Of a DNA stretch of 64,000 nt, positions 26,455-34,984 are shown piece after piece. The stretch lies in assembly GCA_021792295.1 (NCBI GenBank), contig JAJYUY010000001.1:6409-70408 (forward strand), in the 5' to 3' direction. Each line of letters starts with the position of its first letter. The stretch's first letter is position 1. The position numbers and the translations under genes were made by a program. Origin of the DNA: Candidatus Micrarchaeota archaeon (GTDB lineage Archaea; Micrarchaeota; Micrarchaeia; Micrarchaeales; Micrarchaeaceae). The notes under the pieces were generated by a model. It was not told the origin of the DNA. It saw only the letters and a list, made by a program, of their open reading frames with translations, and searched no databases.

Positions 26455-26766
26455 ATGTCCAGACCGAGGCTCTGTAGAAGGATCAGCTTCAACCCAGAGA
26501 TAACTTACTTTAAGCCGAGAGGGGTCCCTTTGGCTGAGCTGAAAGAAGCTATTCTGAATGTTGATGAATTTGAGGCTGTGAGATTAAAGGATCTAGAAGG
26601 GTTGGAGCAGGAGGAATGTGCAAAAAGAATGAACATATCGCAACCGACATTCCATAGATTAGCTTCGTCTGCAAGAAGAAAGATAGCGGATTCGATAGTG
26701 AACGGAAAAGCGCTAAAGATAGAGGGGGGAACTTTCAGAGTAATCGGCAAAGACAGATTTCGTTAG
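26455..26766 (+). CDS. DUF134 (UPF0251) putative DNA-binding protein
   Basis: RPRLCRRISFNPEITYFKPRGVP...VDEFEAVRLKDLEGLEQEECAKRMNISQPTFHRLASSARRKIADSIVNGKALKIEGG matches the family along its whole length. Confidence 0.8.
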   Translation: MSRPRLCRRISFNPEITYFKPRGVPLAELKEAILNVDEFEAVRLKDLEGLEQEECAKRMNISQPTFHRLASSARRKIADSIVNGKALKIEGGTFRVIGKDRFR

Positions 26767-26773
26767 GGATACT

Positions 26774-27088
26774 GTGATAATCGGGATACCAACAGAGGAG
26801 GGGGAGTTTGTCAGCGACCACTTTGGGAGGTCGAAATATTTTGTTATATTTGATACGAAGAACGCAAACTTGCATAAATTGATAGAAAACCCCCATCAGC
26901 ACGCTGCCACCGAGCAAAGCGGTCACGGTCTGCTGCTAAAGATGCTGGTACAGAACTCCGTAAATGAGGTTATATGCTCAAACCTTAATCCAAGAATGCA
27001 ACAGAATCTGGAATCCTTAAAGATAGCAGTTAAAAAATGTGCACCCTCAGCAACAATTGAAAGTATAGTCAACCATATAAGCCATTAA
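26774..27088 (+). CDS. NifX/NifB-like (dinitrogenase FeMo-cofactor-binding domain) protein
   Basis: GTG start. MIIGIPTEEGEFVSDHFGRSKYFVIFD...VNEVICSNLNPRMQQNLESLKIAV follows the family pattern (HFG...F.i.d). Confidence 0.7.
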   Translation: MIIGIPTEEGEFVSDHFGRSKYFVIFDTKNANLHKLIENPHQHAATEQSGHGLLLKMLVQNSVNEVICSNLNPRMQQNLESLKIAVKKCAPSATIESIVNHISH

Positions 27089-27168
27089 GGAAACAGAGGT
27101 ACGCTATGTGACTTATTTAAAATTTGCAGACTTCCCGCATCACATGCAGATCTTGGTAACCAAAGTAT

Positions 27169-27185
27169 TTTTGCCATCGGCAAAA
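27169..27185. other. short perfect hairpin TTTTGCC-ATC-GGCAAAA downstream of the NifX-like gene
   Basis: 7-bp inverted repeat with a 3-nt loop, ~80 nt after the stop at 27088. A related TTTTGGCAAA follows at ~27199. Confidence 0.3.
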
Positions 27186-27432
27186 TCCGAGTTCAGTTTT
27201 GGCAAACAAAACGAGCATCTTAAAACTTACAGTGTTCATAAATACTAAATACAAAAAAACCTAGACTAGAAAACCGACTGCCGAATCTTGCGAAATATGG
27301 ATTGGGAGCGCTCGTCGCGTAGATAAGGCAGGTTTATATGAAAGATTTCGCGGGTGCAAGACCTGCAAATTACCCCAGGCTTCAGCCCGAGGTGATCTTC
27401 CTAGAAAGGTTTAAAATCTTGAACTTGTATAG

Positions 27433-27768
27433 ATGATTGTTGATCTCATGGGTGGCATACAGATGCAGCAAACAATAAACAAGCAGCTGAACACAGAGCT
27501 GGACAGGATAGTCAAGATGTTGAGTGTTGTGCCGGAGTGGATGGGTTGGGCCGAGCCTGGCATGAGGATGATAAATCAGGTAGTCGAGAGATGGAAAGTT
27601 ATAGATTCTGTAAGGATGAAGGTACACCGCTACAAGAACCTGGTTGATTTTAATAGAGTGACAAGCGCCGTATGGGGATTCTTCTACAGTGCTACAGTAG
27701 TAGGGATAATAGCGTTTGCGTACAACTGTGAATGGCCCGGTAAGAAGATGGGTAGGCGCAAGCACTGA
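27433..27768 (+). CDS. hypothetical protein with C-terminal hydrophobic segment
   Basis: 111-aa ORF. The opposite-strand ORF 27382-27765 has junk-like composition. No family recognised. Confidence 0.4.
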   Translation: MIVDLMGGIQMQQTINKQLNTELDRIVKMLSVVPEWMGWAEPGMRMINQVVERWKVIDSVRMKVHRYKNLVDFNRVTSAVWGFFYSATVVGIIAFAYNCEWPGKKMGRRKH

Positions 27769-27776
27769 TCTGTATT

Positions 27777-28529
27777 TTGTTTGTGGGTGCGCTATTGGCA
27801 GTCAAACACAAGCATGAGCGGCTCTACAGGCTCAGCCCATGGCTCTATAATAACATATCTGCGCTAAAGGCTGCGCTTAGGAACTGGGCTTTTGTCGTTG
27901 CCAACATCAGGATGATGCGCTTTTCCGTCAACATAGGTAGGTATGGGCAGGTTGCGAAGGAATATTCAGCGGAATTTGACAGGATTACAAACATTATTGC
28001 CTCGGATTCCAGGCGGCTCGGATATCCGCGGTCGTTCAACATGAATAGGAAGGAGGGCCTTCTACTCTATTATCTTGTCAGGACGCTCAGGCCCAGGATG
28101 GTGCTTGAGACAGGGGTGGCGAATGGCTTCTCCACAAGGCTGGTTCTTGCCGCTTTGAAGAGGAATGGTATTGGTAGGCTCGTCTCCGTCGATGTTGATA
28201 AGGACGTTGGGGGGCTGGTAGAGGACCCCGGATCTGGCAGGTGGAGGCTAATCATAGACAGACCTGGCAAAGGACTTGAGAGGGCGCTGAAAGGCATAAG
28301 TAGGGTGGACCTGTTCATCCACGATTCTGACCACTCATACAAGAACATGTTGTGGGAGTTTGGTATGGTCCGCCCGAAACTTTCAGGTAGTGGGATAGTA
28401 TATAGTGATGATGTAAATGGCAACCGCGCCTTCTTAGAGTTTGTCAGGAAAAACAGGCTCAGTGGGGTGATAATCCCAACATTCAGGAAATCGTTCGGTA
28501 TAGCCTCAAAAAGGCCCATCAAGATATGA
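27777..28529 (+). CDS. class I SAM-dependent methyltransferase (Methyltransf_24 / O-MT-like)
   Basis: RPRMVLETGVANGFSTRLVLAAL...RLVSVDVD...FIHDSDHSYKNMLWEF. TTG start, and the real start may lie further downstream. Confidence 0.65.
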   Translation: MFVGALLAVKHKHERLYRLSPWLYNNISALKAALRNWAFVVANIRMMRFSVNIGRYGQVAKEYSAEFDRITNIIASDSRRLGYPRSFNMNRKEGLLLYYLVRTLRPRMVLETGVANGFSTRLVLAALKRNGIGRLVSVDVDKDVGGLVEDPGSGRWRLIIDRPGKGLERALKGISRVDLFIHDSDHSYKNMLWEFGMVRPKLSGSGIVYSDDVNGNRAFLEFVRKNRLSGVIIPTFRKSFGIASKRPIKI

Positions 28530-29060
28530 CTACTTTACTATAAGCCCCCTGTGCTTCCTTCCCTGCGCTGTCACGCCCCTGAATGCCCTGCTTCTCCTTG
28601 AGATAACCATCGAATAGAATGGATCGTTCCTTATTGAGCTGCTGTTTCTGTCGAGCATTATTATCTCGAAATAGTTCCTTGTGCCCGTCTCTCCCACATA
28701 ATAGGAGTTGAGCACCTCATAGTTGGAGAACTTTCTGGCCGCTCTCTCCTCTGCTATGGCCTGCATCGACTTTGCTCTTGTGAAATATCTGCCGCTCCTT
28801 GACGGCTTCCTGCCGCCCGATGGGGTCCTCCTCTTGCTGCTGCCCTTGGAGAGCCTGACCCTTACCACCGCGACGCCCTGCTTGGCCCTATAGCCCAGCG
28901 TCCTGGCCCTGGCGAGGTTGGTGGGCCGATGCGCTATGGTTATTGGGGGCTCTTTCGACCAGCTGCTCAGGCGTTCCCTGTATGGTAGTGATCGCTCCTT
29001 GTACTCTGATATCATCGTTTCTCTAATATGTTTGTATGAGCTCATAGGATCGCCTTTCAC
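28530..29060 (-). CDS. rpl15e: 50S ribosomal protein L15e
   Basis: SYKHIRETM...RPTNLARARTLGYRAKQGVAVVRVRLSKGSSKRRTPSGGRKP. Confidence 0.9.
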   Translation of the reverse strand: MKGDPMSSYKHIRETMISEYKERSLPYRERLSSWSKEPPITIAHRPTNLARARTLGYRAKQGVAVVRVRLSKGSSKRRTPSGGRKPSRSGRYFTRAKSMQAIAEERAARKFSNYEVLNSYYVGETGTRNYFEIIMLDRNSSSIRNDPFYSMVISRRSRAFRGVTAQGRKHRGLIVK

Positions 29061-29231
29061 TTGCGCTTAAAAATAAGCAACCTATACTATATTTCTTCTT
29101 GCAAAGGTTGTTATACCTGTTGGTGAAAAGATTTGTGGTTTTGGTGTTGGGTTGTGATTTGATGTTGCTGGTCGGCTGCCCTATGGGGTTTATATAGTTT
29201 GAGAAATAGATATCCTCTTGCTTGTTTAGCT

Positions 29232-29306
29232 AGCGAGGTGGGGTAGTCTGGAGTGCCCGCCGGGCTCATAACCCGGAGATCGATGGTTCAAATCCATTCC
29301 TCGCTA
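29232..29306 (+). tRNA. initiator tRNA-Met (CAT)
   Basis: Acceptor AGCGAGG/CCTCGCT with an A1:U72 pair. Anticodon arm CCGGG-CTCATAA-CCCGG (three G:C pairs next to the loop). T arm GATGG-TTCAAAT-CCATT. 75 nt. Confidence 0.85.
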
Positions 29307-29433
29307 TGCCCTATGGGTGTGTAGTTCCGGTATTATTTTTGGATTTGGGGAAATTTTGGTATGTTTACATTATTTAGTTTGTTTTGATGTATGGTATATA
29401 TAATAAAAAGAAGGAGAATAGTGGAAGTGTGGG

Positions 29434-29931
29434 GTGTCTGTGGTGTCTGATAATATAACATTTGATTTTGTTTGGGGTTTGTATTTGAAGGAAAAACAGA
29501 CGAACCAACTACTACAATTAAATAAAAGCTTTTATGGTGATGTTGGGGAGTATCTCAAAAAAGCGCAAGTTGATGAGCACCAGAGGCTGAACATGCAAAA
29601 AATGTTGGTGGAACTGTTCGAGCGTAGGAAACAAAAAATATTGTTATATATAACATACAAAAAACCCCTCCCACAACCCATTGCTGCAGAGGAATCTGAT
29701 TTCTACAATAGGATAGCGGACCTCTCCAACACCTATAGGTTCGATCTCTCGATAGCCCAGATCAAAAAGGATAAAATACTAAGATCCCTAACAGATATGT
29801 CTGAAATCATGCTTCCATCTGGTAAAAAGTTCGGGCCAGTGAAAAAGGACGAGGTTGTTGAGCTATCAGGCTCGGATGCAGACGCAGATTACCTTGTCAA
29901 GAATTCGATATGTGAAATTTACAACAGGTGA
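29434..29931 (+). CDS. GINS-like DNA replication protein (Gins51/Gins15 type)
   Basis: A-domain pattern LLQLNKSFYGDVGEYL...LVELFERRKQKILLY. B-domain pattern LRSLTDMSEIMLPSGKKFGPVKKDEVVELSGSDADYLVKNSICEI. Confidence 0.55.
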   Translation: MSVVSDNITFDFVWGLYLKEKQTNQLLQLNKSFYGDVGEYLKKAQVDEHQRLNMQKMLVELFERRKQKILLYITYKKPLPQPIAAEESDFYNRIADLSNTYRFDLSIAQIKKDKILRSLTDMSEIMLPSGKKFGPVKKDEVVELSGSDADADYLVKNSICEIYNR

Positions 29932-30218
29932 ATTATGTGAAAATAGCGAAGGAGATAACCACATACTGTCCTAAATGCGACAAGCACACACCTCATATGG
30001 TAAAGATGCCGTCAAAGGGTCCGCAGAGGACCATGAGCAAGGCGACAAGGAGGCACAACAGGGCGATAAGAGGGTATGTCGGCAGCGTGGAACCCCAGAT
30101 ACACCCGAAGAAGCTTGGGAAGCGGCAGAAGGTTCTGCTCGAGTGTAAGGAGTGTAAGTACAAGGTCGAGAGGCTCATCGGTGGGAGGTCTAAGAAGAAA
30201 ATAGAGATCAAGGTATAA
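29928..30218 (+). CDS. rpl44e: 50S ribosomal protein L44e
   Basis: YCPKCDKHTPH...LECKECKYK zinc ribbon. 96 aa, basic. Confidence 0.9.
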   Translation: MNYVKIAKEITTYCPKCDKHTPHMVKMPSKGPQRTMSKATRRHNRAIRGYVGSVEPQIHPKKLGKRQKVLLECKECKYKVERLIGGRSKKKIEIKV

Positions 30219-30219
30219 G

Positions 30220-31017
30220 ATGGCAGAACTCAGGAAGGAGCCGAGGCACGGGGATCTGGTCATAGCGGTAGTCAGCAAGATAACCCATTTCGGTGCATAC
30301 TGCAGGCTATCTGAATATGGCGACATCGAGGCGTTCCTCCCAATAAGGGAGGTGTCGTCAGGATGGATAAAGAACATACGCGAGCACATACACGACGGCC
30401 AGAAGCTCGTCTGCTTCGTCAACTACGTGGACAGGGAGAAGGGAACTATAGACATATCACTGAAGAAGGTTTCGACCAGGGATTCGAAGGAAAAGATCCG
30501 TTCCTACAACCTCGAAAGGAGGCTCGGCGCGCTATTCTCGCAAACATTGAAGATAACTGGCGATACGAAGGGCAAGGATGCCCTGTCAGGCCTCCTGATA
30601 TCTGAATTCGGCAGCTACACCAAGTTCATGGAGAACGCTGTGTCGGGCACGGCCGCGTTCTCACAATCCAAGCTCCCAACCAGCGTGAAGGACGCATTCC
30701 TCAGGGCGCTCGAGGCGAACAGGAAACAAAAGCAGTACATAGTCGCCTACATCGCAACCATAACAACATACAACACGAAGAGCGGCGCGGCCGAGCTTAG
30801 AGAGATAATGCGCGATATAAAGGGGCACGGCATAGGGGTAACCTATATAGCAGCCCCGAAGTACAGGCTGGTATCAGAGGGTAAGGATTATGCCGACGCC
30901 GAGGAGAAGATCAACGAGGTCAAGGGCCTAATAGGTGCCCGGATGAAGAATGGCGTCTTCGAGATTGAGAAAGAGAAGTTGAAGAAGGAGAAGGAGGACA
31001 TAATGTCGACTATATGA
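30220..31017 (+). CDS. eif2a: translation initiation factor aIF2 alpha subunit
   Basis: N-terminal S1 domain GDLVIAVVSKITHFGAYCRLSEYGDIEAFLPIREVSSGWIKNIREH. 265 aa. Confidence 0.9.
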   Translation: MAELRKEPRHGDLVIAVVSKITHFGAYCRLSEYGDIEAFLPIREVSSGWIKNIREHIHDGQKLVCFVNYVDREKGTIDISLKKVSTRDSKEKIRSYNLERRLGALFSQTLKITGDTKGKDALSGLLISEFGSYTKFMENAVSGTAAFSQSKLPTSVKDAFLRALEANRKQKQYIVAYIATITTYNTKSGAAELREIMRDIKGHGIGVTYIAAPKYRLVSEGKDYADAEEKINEVKGLIGARMKNGVFEIEKEKLKKEKEDIMSTI

Positions 31018-31021
31018 TAGC

Positions 31022-31852
31022 ATGCCCGACACCATAATAAAGATCAAGAAGGGCATCAGGTTGAAGGGCCCAAGCGCAGGCCCTATCGTAATAGTGGGGC
31101 TGCCCGGCATAGGCAATGTCGGCAAGCTCGTGGCCGAGCACTTAAGGCACGAGCTGAAGGCGGTGCGGCTGGGCACGGTCTACTCCTCACACTTTCCCCA
31201 CCAGGCGGTCATGCTTAAGAATGGAAAAATAAGGTTGGTAAGCAACTCCCTGTACCTGGCAAGAAGGCCGGGCTCGAAAGATCTGATCATACTTACTGGA
31301 GACGTCCAGGCGGTCACGCCGGAGGGCCAGTACTCGGTCAACTCCAGCCTGATCAGGCTATTCAGGGAACGGCTAGGCTGCAGCTTCCTGTACACGATCG
31401 GCGGCTACAACATCGGCGACTCCATCGTTAAAAACCCAAGGGTGTTCGCCAACGCGACGAGCGATGCCGCCATAAAGTCGCTAAAGGGCACTAAGGTCGT
31501 CTTCGGCGAATCAAAAGGGCTGATATGGGGCTCTGCAGGGTTGCTCATAGCGTTTGCGAAGATGAAGGGGATGGAGGGCGTCTGCCTGATGGGCGAGACG
31601 AACATGCTAGAGATAGATGCTGGTGCGGCGAAGGCGGTGGTGAGGGAGCTTTCAAGCGCGCTTGGCATCAACATAAAGACAGACAATCTCGACAAGATAA
31701 TAAAGAAGACCTCTCAGATAATTGCAGAGCTGAAGAACCAGCAGGAGGCGGCGCAGATGATGAAGGCCGAGCTCGAGCGGCAGCAAACCGGCATCATGCC
31801 GCCGCAGCTGCCGCAGGGCCGCGCCGGCGACAGGCCTTCATACATAAGATAA
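31022..31852 (+). CDS. PAC2-family proteasome-assembly-chaperone-like protein
   Basis: IVGLPGIGNVGKLVAEHL...VYSSHFPHQAV...LIILTGDVQ...YTIGG. Coiled-coil, Gln-rich C-terminus. Confidence 0.75.
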   Translation: MPDTIIKIKKGIRLKGPSAGPIVIVGLPGIGNVGKLVAEHLRHELKAVRLGTVYSSHFPHQAVMLKNGKIRLVSNSLYLARRPGSKDLIILTGDVQAVTPEGQYSVNSSLIRLFRERLGCSFLYTIGGYNIGDSIVKNPRVFANATSDAAIKSLKGTKVVFGESKGLIWGSAGLLIAFAKMKGMEGVCLMGETNMLEIDAGAAKAVVRELSSALGINIKTDNLDKIIKKTSQIIAELKNQQEAAQMMKAELERQQTGIMPPQLPQGRAGDRPSYIR

Positions 31853-31862
31853 CGTTTCAGTT

Positions 31863-31950
31863 GCGAGCGTAGTATAGCCTGGTAGAACACGAGCTTCCCA
31901 TTTCAACAAGGAAAAAGCTCGTAACCCGGGTTCAAATCCCGGCGCTCGCA
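31863..31950 (+). tRNA. tRNA-Gly (CCC) with 15-nt intron (31901-31915)
   Basis: Acceptor GCGAGCG/CGCTCGC. Anticodon stem CGAGC/GCTCG, loop TTCCCA|intron|A. T arm CCGGG-TTCAAAT-CCCGG. Loop TTCC pairs with intron GGAA (31910-31913) and is flanked by 3-nt bulges, a BHB-like arrangement. Confidence 0.85.
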
Positions 31951-32188
31951 TTATATCTTCATGTAATGATTTGACGCATGAGATGCCCTTTCACCGGCAA
32001 AGTCTATGCCAATGTTTGCCACCTTTGTCTGGAAGAATGCTTCGTAAGTTTTCTGCATCATGGGGCCCAACATCCCCAATGACATACATTGTAGAAACTT
32101 CTACAAAGCCGCGAAGTGTGGCACTTTCTCAACAAAACCAAAGTGTCCCTCGGTTCAATGTTGGGTAGTGGTCTATAAGGTGGTTTGA

Positions 32189-32869
32189 CTACAGCAGTAT
32201 CAGCGCGACCGCCAAAGCAGCTCCTGCAAGCGCGCAGAAGAGGTTGGAGGTGTACTTGCTGCCTATCCCGCGCTCCTCGTAGTAGCCGAGCATGGAATCG
32301 ACCAGCCCCCCTACAAACCCGGAGACCGTTATGGCCGGAACAGCCACCAGTAATATAGGCATGACCGCCAGGTGCCCCCACACCACGAAGACCGCAAACG
32401 CTATCATTGCCGATGCAGCAAGCGAGGCTATGACCCCTGTAACGCTCACCGCACCAGAGGTGCCTGCCTGGACCTTCCTCATGCCTAGCAGCATAACCGG
32501 CCTGCCGCCAAGCACCCCTATCTCACTGCCGAACTTGTCCGCCGTTATCGCAGCCACGCTCGCCGTGAAAGCGATAAGCGCCAGCGGTGCATAGCTATTT
32601 CCAATCCCGGTCAGCGCGGCGTAAAGCATCGCCATCGCCAGGGGAACCGCCCCGTTCGCCACCACGTTCCGGATACCGCGCGGTTTCTGATAGAGCCCGA
32701 GCCTTTTCTTGCGGCCCGCTCCAGCCATCGTCGTCAAGGCCGACATTATAAGGAACAGCAGCATCACAGCTATGAAAAAGTACCAGATCCCTCCCCCAAA
32801 GAAGAGGAAGGCGAACGCCATCACAAGCGCGACAGCCACACCATTGTAATCAAGCGTTAAAACCTCCAT
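32189..32869 (-). CDS. DUF92 (TMEM19-like) integral membrane protein
   Basis: 226 aa, polytopic. ...RNVVANGAVPL...ADKFGSEIGVLG...GTSGAVSVTG...GGLVDSMLG. Confidence 0.7.
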   Translation of the reverse strand: MEVLTLDYNGVAVALVMAFAFLFFGGGIWYFFIAVMLLFLIMSALTTMAGAGRKKRLGLYQKPRGIRNVVANGAVPLAMAMLYAALTGIGNSYAPLALIAFTASVAAITADKFGSEIGVLGGRPVMLLGMRKVQAGTSGAVSVTGVIASLAASAMIAFAVFVVWGHLAVMPILLVAVPAITVSGFVGGLVDSMLGYYEERGIGSKYTSNLFCALAGAALAVALILL

Positions 32870-32884
32870 AAAATTCCATTTTTT

Positions 32885-32920
32885 CGGAATTATTCCGCTA
32901 TTTTGCCTTTCCTGGAAAGG
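32885..32920. promoter_or_regulatory. two short palindromes between TATA-like box and start of the DUF92 gene
   Basis: CCTTTCC-T-GGAAAGG (32906-32920) abuts gttttaaaaa (minus strand, 32930-32921). CGGAAT-T-ATTCCG lies at 32885-32897. The ATG is at 32869. Confidence 0.35.
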
Positions 32921-33260
32921 TTTTTAAAACTATACTCCCTACTATGTAATACACGGGTTCTCTAAAAAAGAAGGTCGTGAAAACTGGTCGTCTTGCCAGC
33001 GAGGATTTCCCCGCTGGCCTCTTCCTTTTTAATTCTTCGAATGCACAGCCTGTAGCTTCTGCACAGGTTCCAGACACGATCCCAATACTCATACGATCAC
33101 CACTGCTGTGCGAATAACGCCTAGGGTTCGCATCGCACCCCTGTACTGCCACCATCCCGCCCCGGTCTCACAAACAGCCGGCTATGGGATGCCTTGCATC
33201 AGACAATAGAATTTCTACATTTAAATAACTATTTATCCATAAACTAATGTCGTGTTTTTT

Positions 33261-34211
33261 ATGCCTAAGGAAAAAGGGGTGAAGGAGCTTGAGGATCTGC
33301 CAGGGATAGGCCCGACCTCGGCGGAGAAGCTGAGGTCGGCGGGCATCGGCTCCCTGGACAAGGTCGCAACGCTGAACCCACATGAACTGAGCGAGCTCTC
33401 CGGGATCGGGGTCGAGGCCGCAAAGAAGGCGATTCAGACTGCGAAGGAGTCGACCACGATAGACTACCAGACCGCCGACGCGGTGCTCGCACGCAGGAAG
33501 GAGCTCGGCCGCATAACGACAGGGGCGAAGGACCTCGACGCGCTCATAGGGGGAGGCATAGAGACCGAATCGATAACAGAGGCGTACGGCCGGTTCGCCG
33601 CCGGCAAGTCCCAATTGGGCTTCCAGCTTGCGGTCGACGCCCAGCTTCCAAAGGAGCAGGGAGGGCTCGGCGGGTCGGTGCTGTTCATAGACACGGAGAG
33701 CACCTTCAGGCCCGAGCGCATAGAGGCGATAGCGAAGGAGCGTGGGCTGGATCAGGCAAAGGCGCTGGAGGGCATAGTTGTGGTGAGGGCGATCACGAGC
33801 GACCAGCAGATGCTCACGCTGGAGCGTGCGGACAAGCTCATCCAGGAGAGGAACGTGAAGCTGATAATAGTCGACTCGATAACCGCGCTGTTCAGGTCTG
33901 AATACCTCGGCAGGGGGGCCCTCGGCGAGCGCCAGCAGAAGCTCAACTCGCACATACACCGATTGCAGCAGCTGGCGGACAAGTACAAGCTTGCCGTCTA
34001 CATAACCAATCAGGTGATGGACAACCCTGGCATACTCTTCGGCGATCCGACGACACCGATAGGCGGCAACGTTCTAGCGCACGCGGCGACGACCAGACTC
34101 TACATGAAGAAGAGCAAGGAGGAGAAGCGGATAGTGCGCCTGGTAGACTCGCCGGAGATGCCTGAGGGCGAGTGCGTCATAAAGATAACCCCCTCTGGGA
34201 TAAAAGACTGA
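33261..34211 (+). CDS. radA: DNA repair and recombination protein RadA
   Basis: N-terminal HhH LEDLPGIGPTSAEKL. Walker A variant GRFAAGKSQ. LIIVDSITALFR. The ORF track starts at 33252, but ATG 33261 (MPKEKG) is more likely. Confidence 0.9.
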   Translation: MPKEKGVKELEDLPGIGPTSAEKLRSAGIGSLDKVATLNPHELSELSGIGVEAAKKAIQTAKESTTIDYQTADAVLARRKELGRITTGAKDLDALIGGGIETESITEAYGRFAAGKSQLGFQLAVDAQLPKEQGGLGGSVLFIDTESTFRPERIEAIAKERGLDQAKALEGIVVVRAITSDQQMLTLERADKLIQERNVKLIIVDSITALFRSEYLGRGALGERQQKLNSHIHRLQQLADKYKLAVYITNQVMDNPGILFGDPTTPIGGNVLAHAATTRLYMKKSKEEKRIVRLVDSPEMPEGECVIKITPSGIKD

Positions 34212-34215
34212 TTCG

Positions 34216-34983
34216 ATGCTCTTCATGGTTGGCACCGGGCTAGCCCCTGATGATATATCGCTTAGGGCGCTGGAGCTCTGCAAGCGCCGGGGCATCGATC
34301 TGTTCGCCGAGAACTACACCAGCAACGCAACCCCGGAATACATACGCACAATCTCCGAGAGGACCGGCAAGCGAATAACCATGCTCGGGAGGGAGGAGAT
34401 GGAGGAGGGGATGGCGCAGCTGGTGAAATCAGCCGCCGTAAAGGATATAGTGGTACTGGTTGGCGGCGACCCCCTCATTGCGACAACGCACAAGATAGCT
34501 TACATGGAGGCGAGGAAGCATGGGGTGATGGTCGCAGTGCTCCACTCCGCCTCTGTTCTCTCTGCTGCGATGGGAGAGAGCGGCCTGGACTTCTACAGGT
34601 TCGGCCAGGTGTGCACCATACCGCGCTGGAGCGAGCACTACAAACCCGTCTCATTCTACGAGACGATCGAGAAAAACATGAAAGGCAACCTCCATTCCCT
34701 GCTTCTCCTAGACTACAACCAGAAGAGCCAGAGCTCGATACAGCCCTCATACGCAGCCGGCATACTAGAGGGTGCCGAGAAGAGCTACGGAAAGGGGATA
34801 ATAGGCGATGGCACAAAACTTATAGTGCTGCACAACCTATCCATAGAGGGGGAGTCGAAGCTTTACCTAGGGTTTAGGTCTGTGAAAAGGCTCGAGTTCG
34901 GTTCGGGCCCGACGGTGTTCATACTACCGGCGAAGCTCTCTGACATCGAGCAGGGAGTCGTTTCGGCGGTTTTCGGGGATTGA
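34216..34983 (+). CDS. dphB: diphthine synthase
   Basis: MLFMVGTGLAPDDISLRALE...LVGGDPLIATTH, tetrapyrrole-methylase fold. 255 aa. Confidence 0.85.
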   Translation: MLFMVGTGLAPDDISLRALELCKRRGIDLFAENYTSNATPEYIRTISERTGKRITMLGREEMEEGMAQLVKSAAVKDIVVLVGGDPLIATTHKIAYMEARKHGVMVAVLHSASVLSAAMGESGLDFYRFGQVCTIPRWSEHYKPVSFYETIEKNMKGNLHSLLLLDYNQKSQSSIQPSYAAGILEGAEKSYGKGIIGDGTKLIVLHNLSIEGESKLYLGFRSVKRLEFGSGPTVFILPAKLSDIEQGVVSAVFGD

Positions 34984-34984
34984 A

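Noticed and set aside
27089-27432. Small ORFs of 31-40 aa in the gap after the NifX-like gene (for example MKDFAGARPANYPRLQPEVIFLERFKILNLYR) as possible toxin or antitoxin-like peptides.
   Set aside because: They are too short, lack SD or promoter context, and show no recognisable family features. Only the TTTTGCC-ATC-GGCAAAA hairpin is reported.
29061-29433. A replication origin next to the GINS-like gene, suggested by the AT-rich and G+T-skewed spacers around tRNA-iMet.
   Set aside because: No repeated ORB or mini-ORB-like inverted elements were found, and there is no orc1/cdc6 gene nearby. The strand-skewed sequence is better described as tRNA and r-protein promoter and leader regions plus the 11-nt direct repeat.
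32898-33155. An 85-aa minus-strand ORF in the radA/DUF92 divergent spacer.
   Set aside because: It has no start context, odd composition and no motif. It lies on the far side of the DUF92 promoter elements, so I treated it as non-coding.
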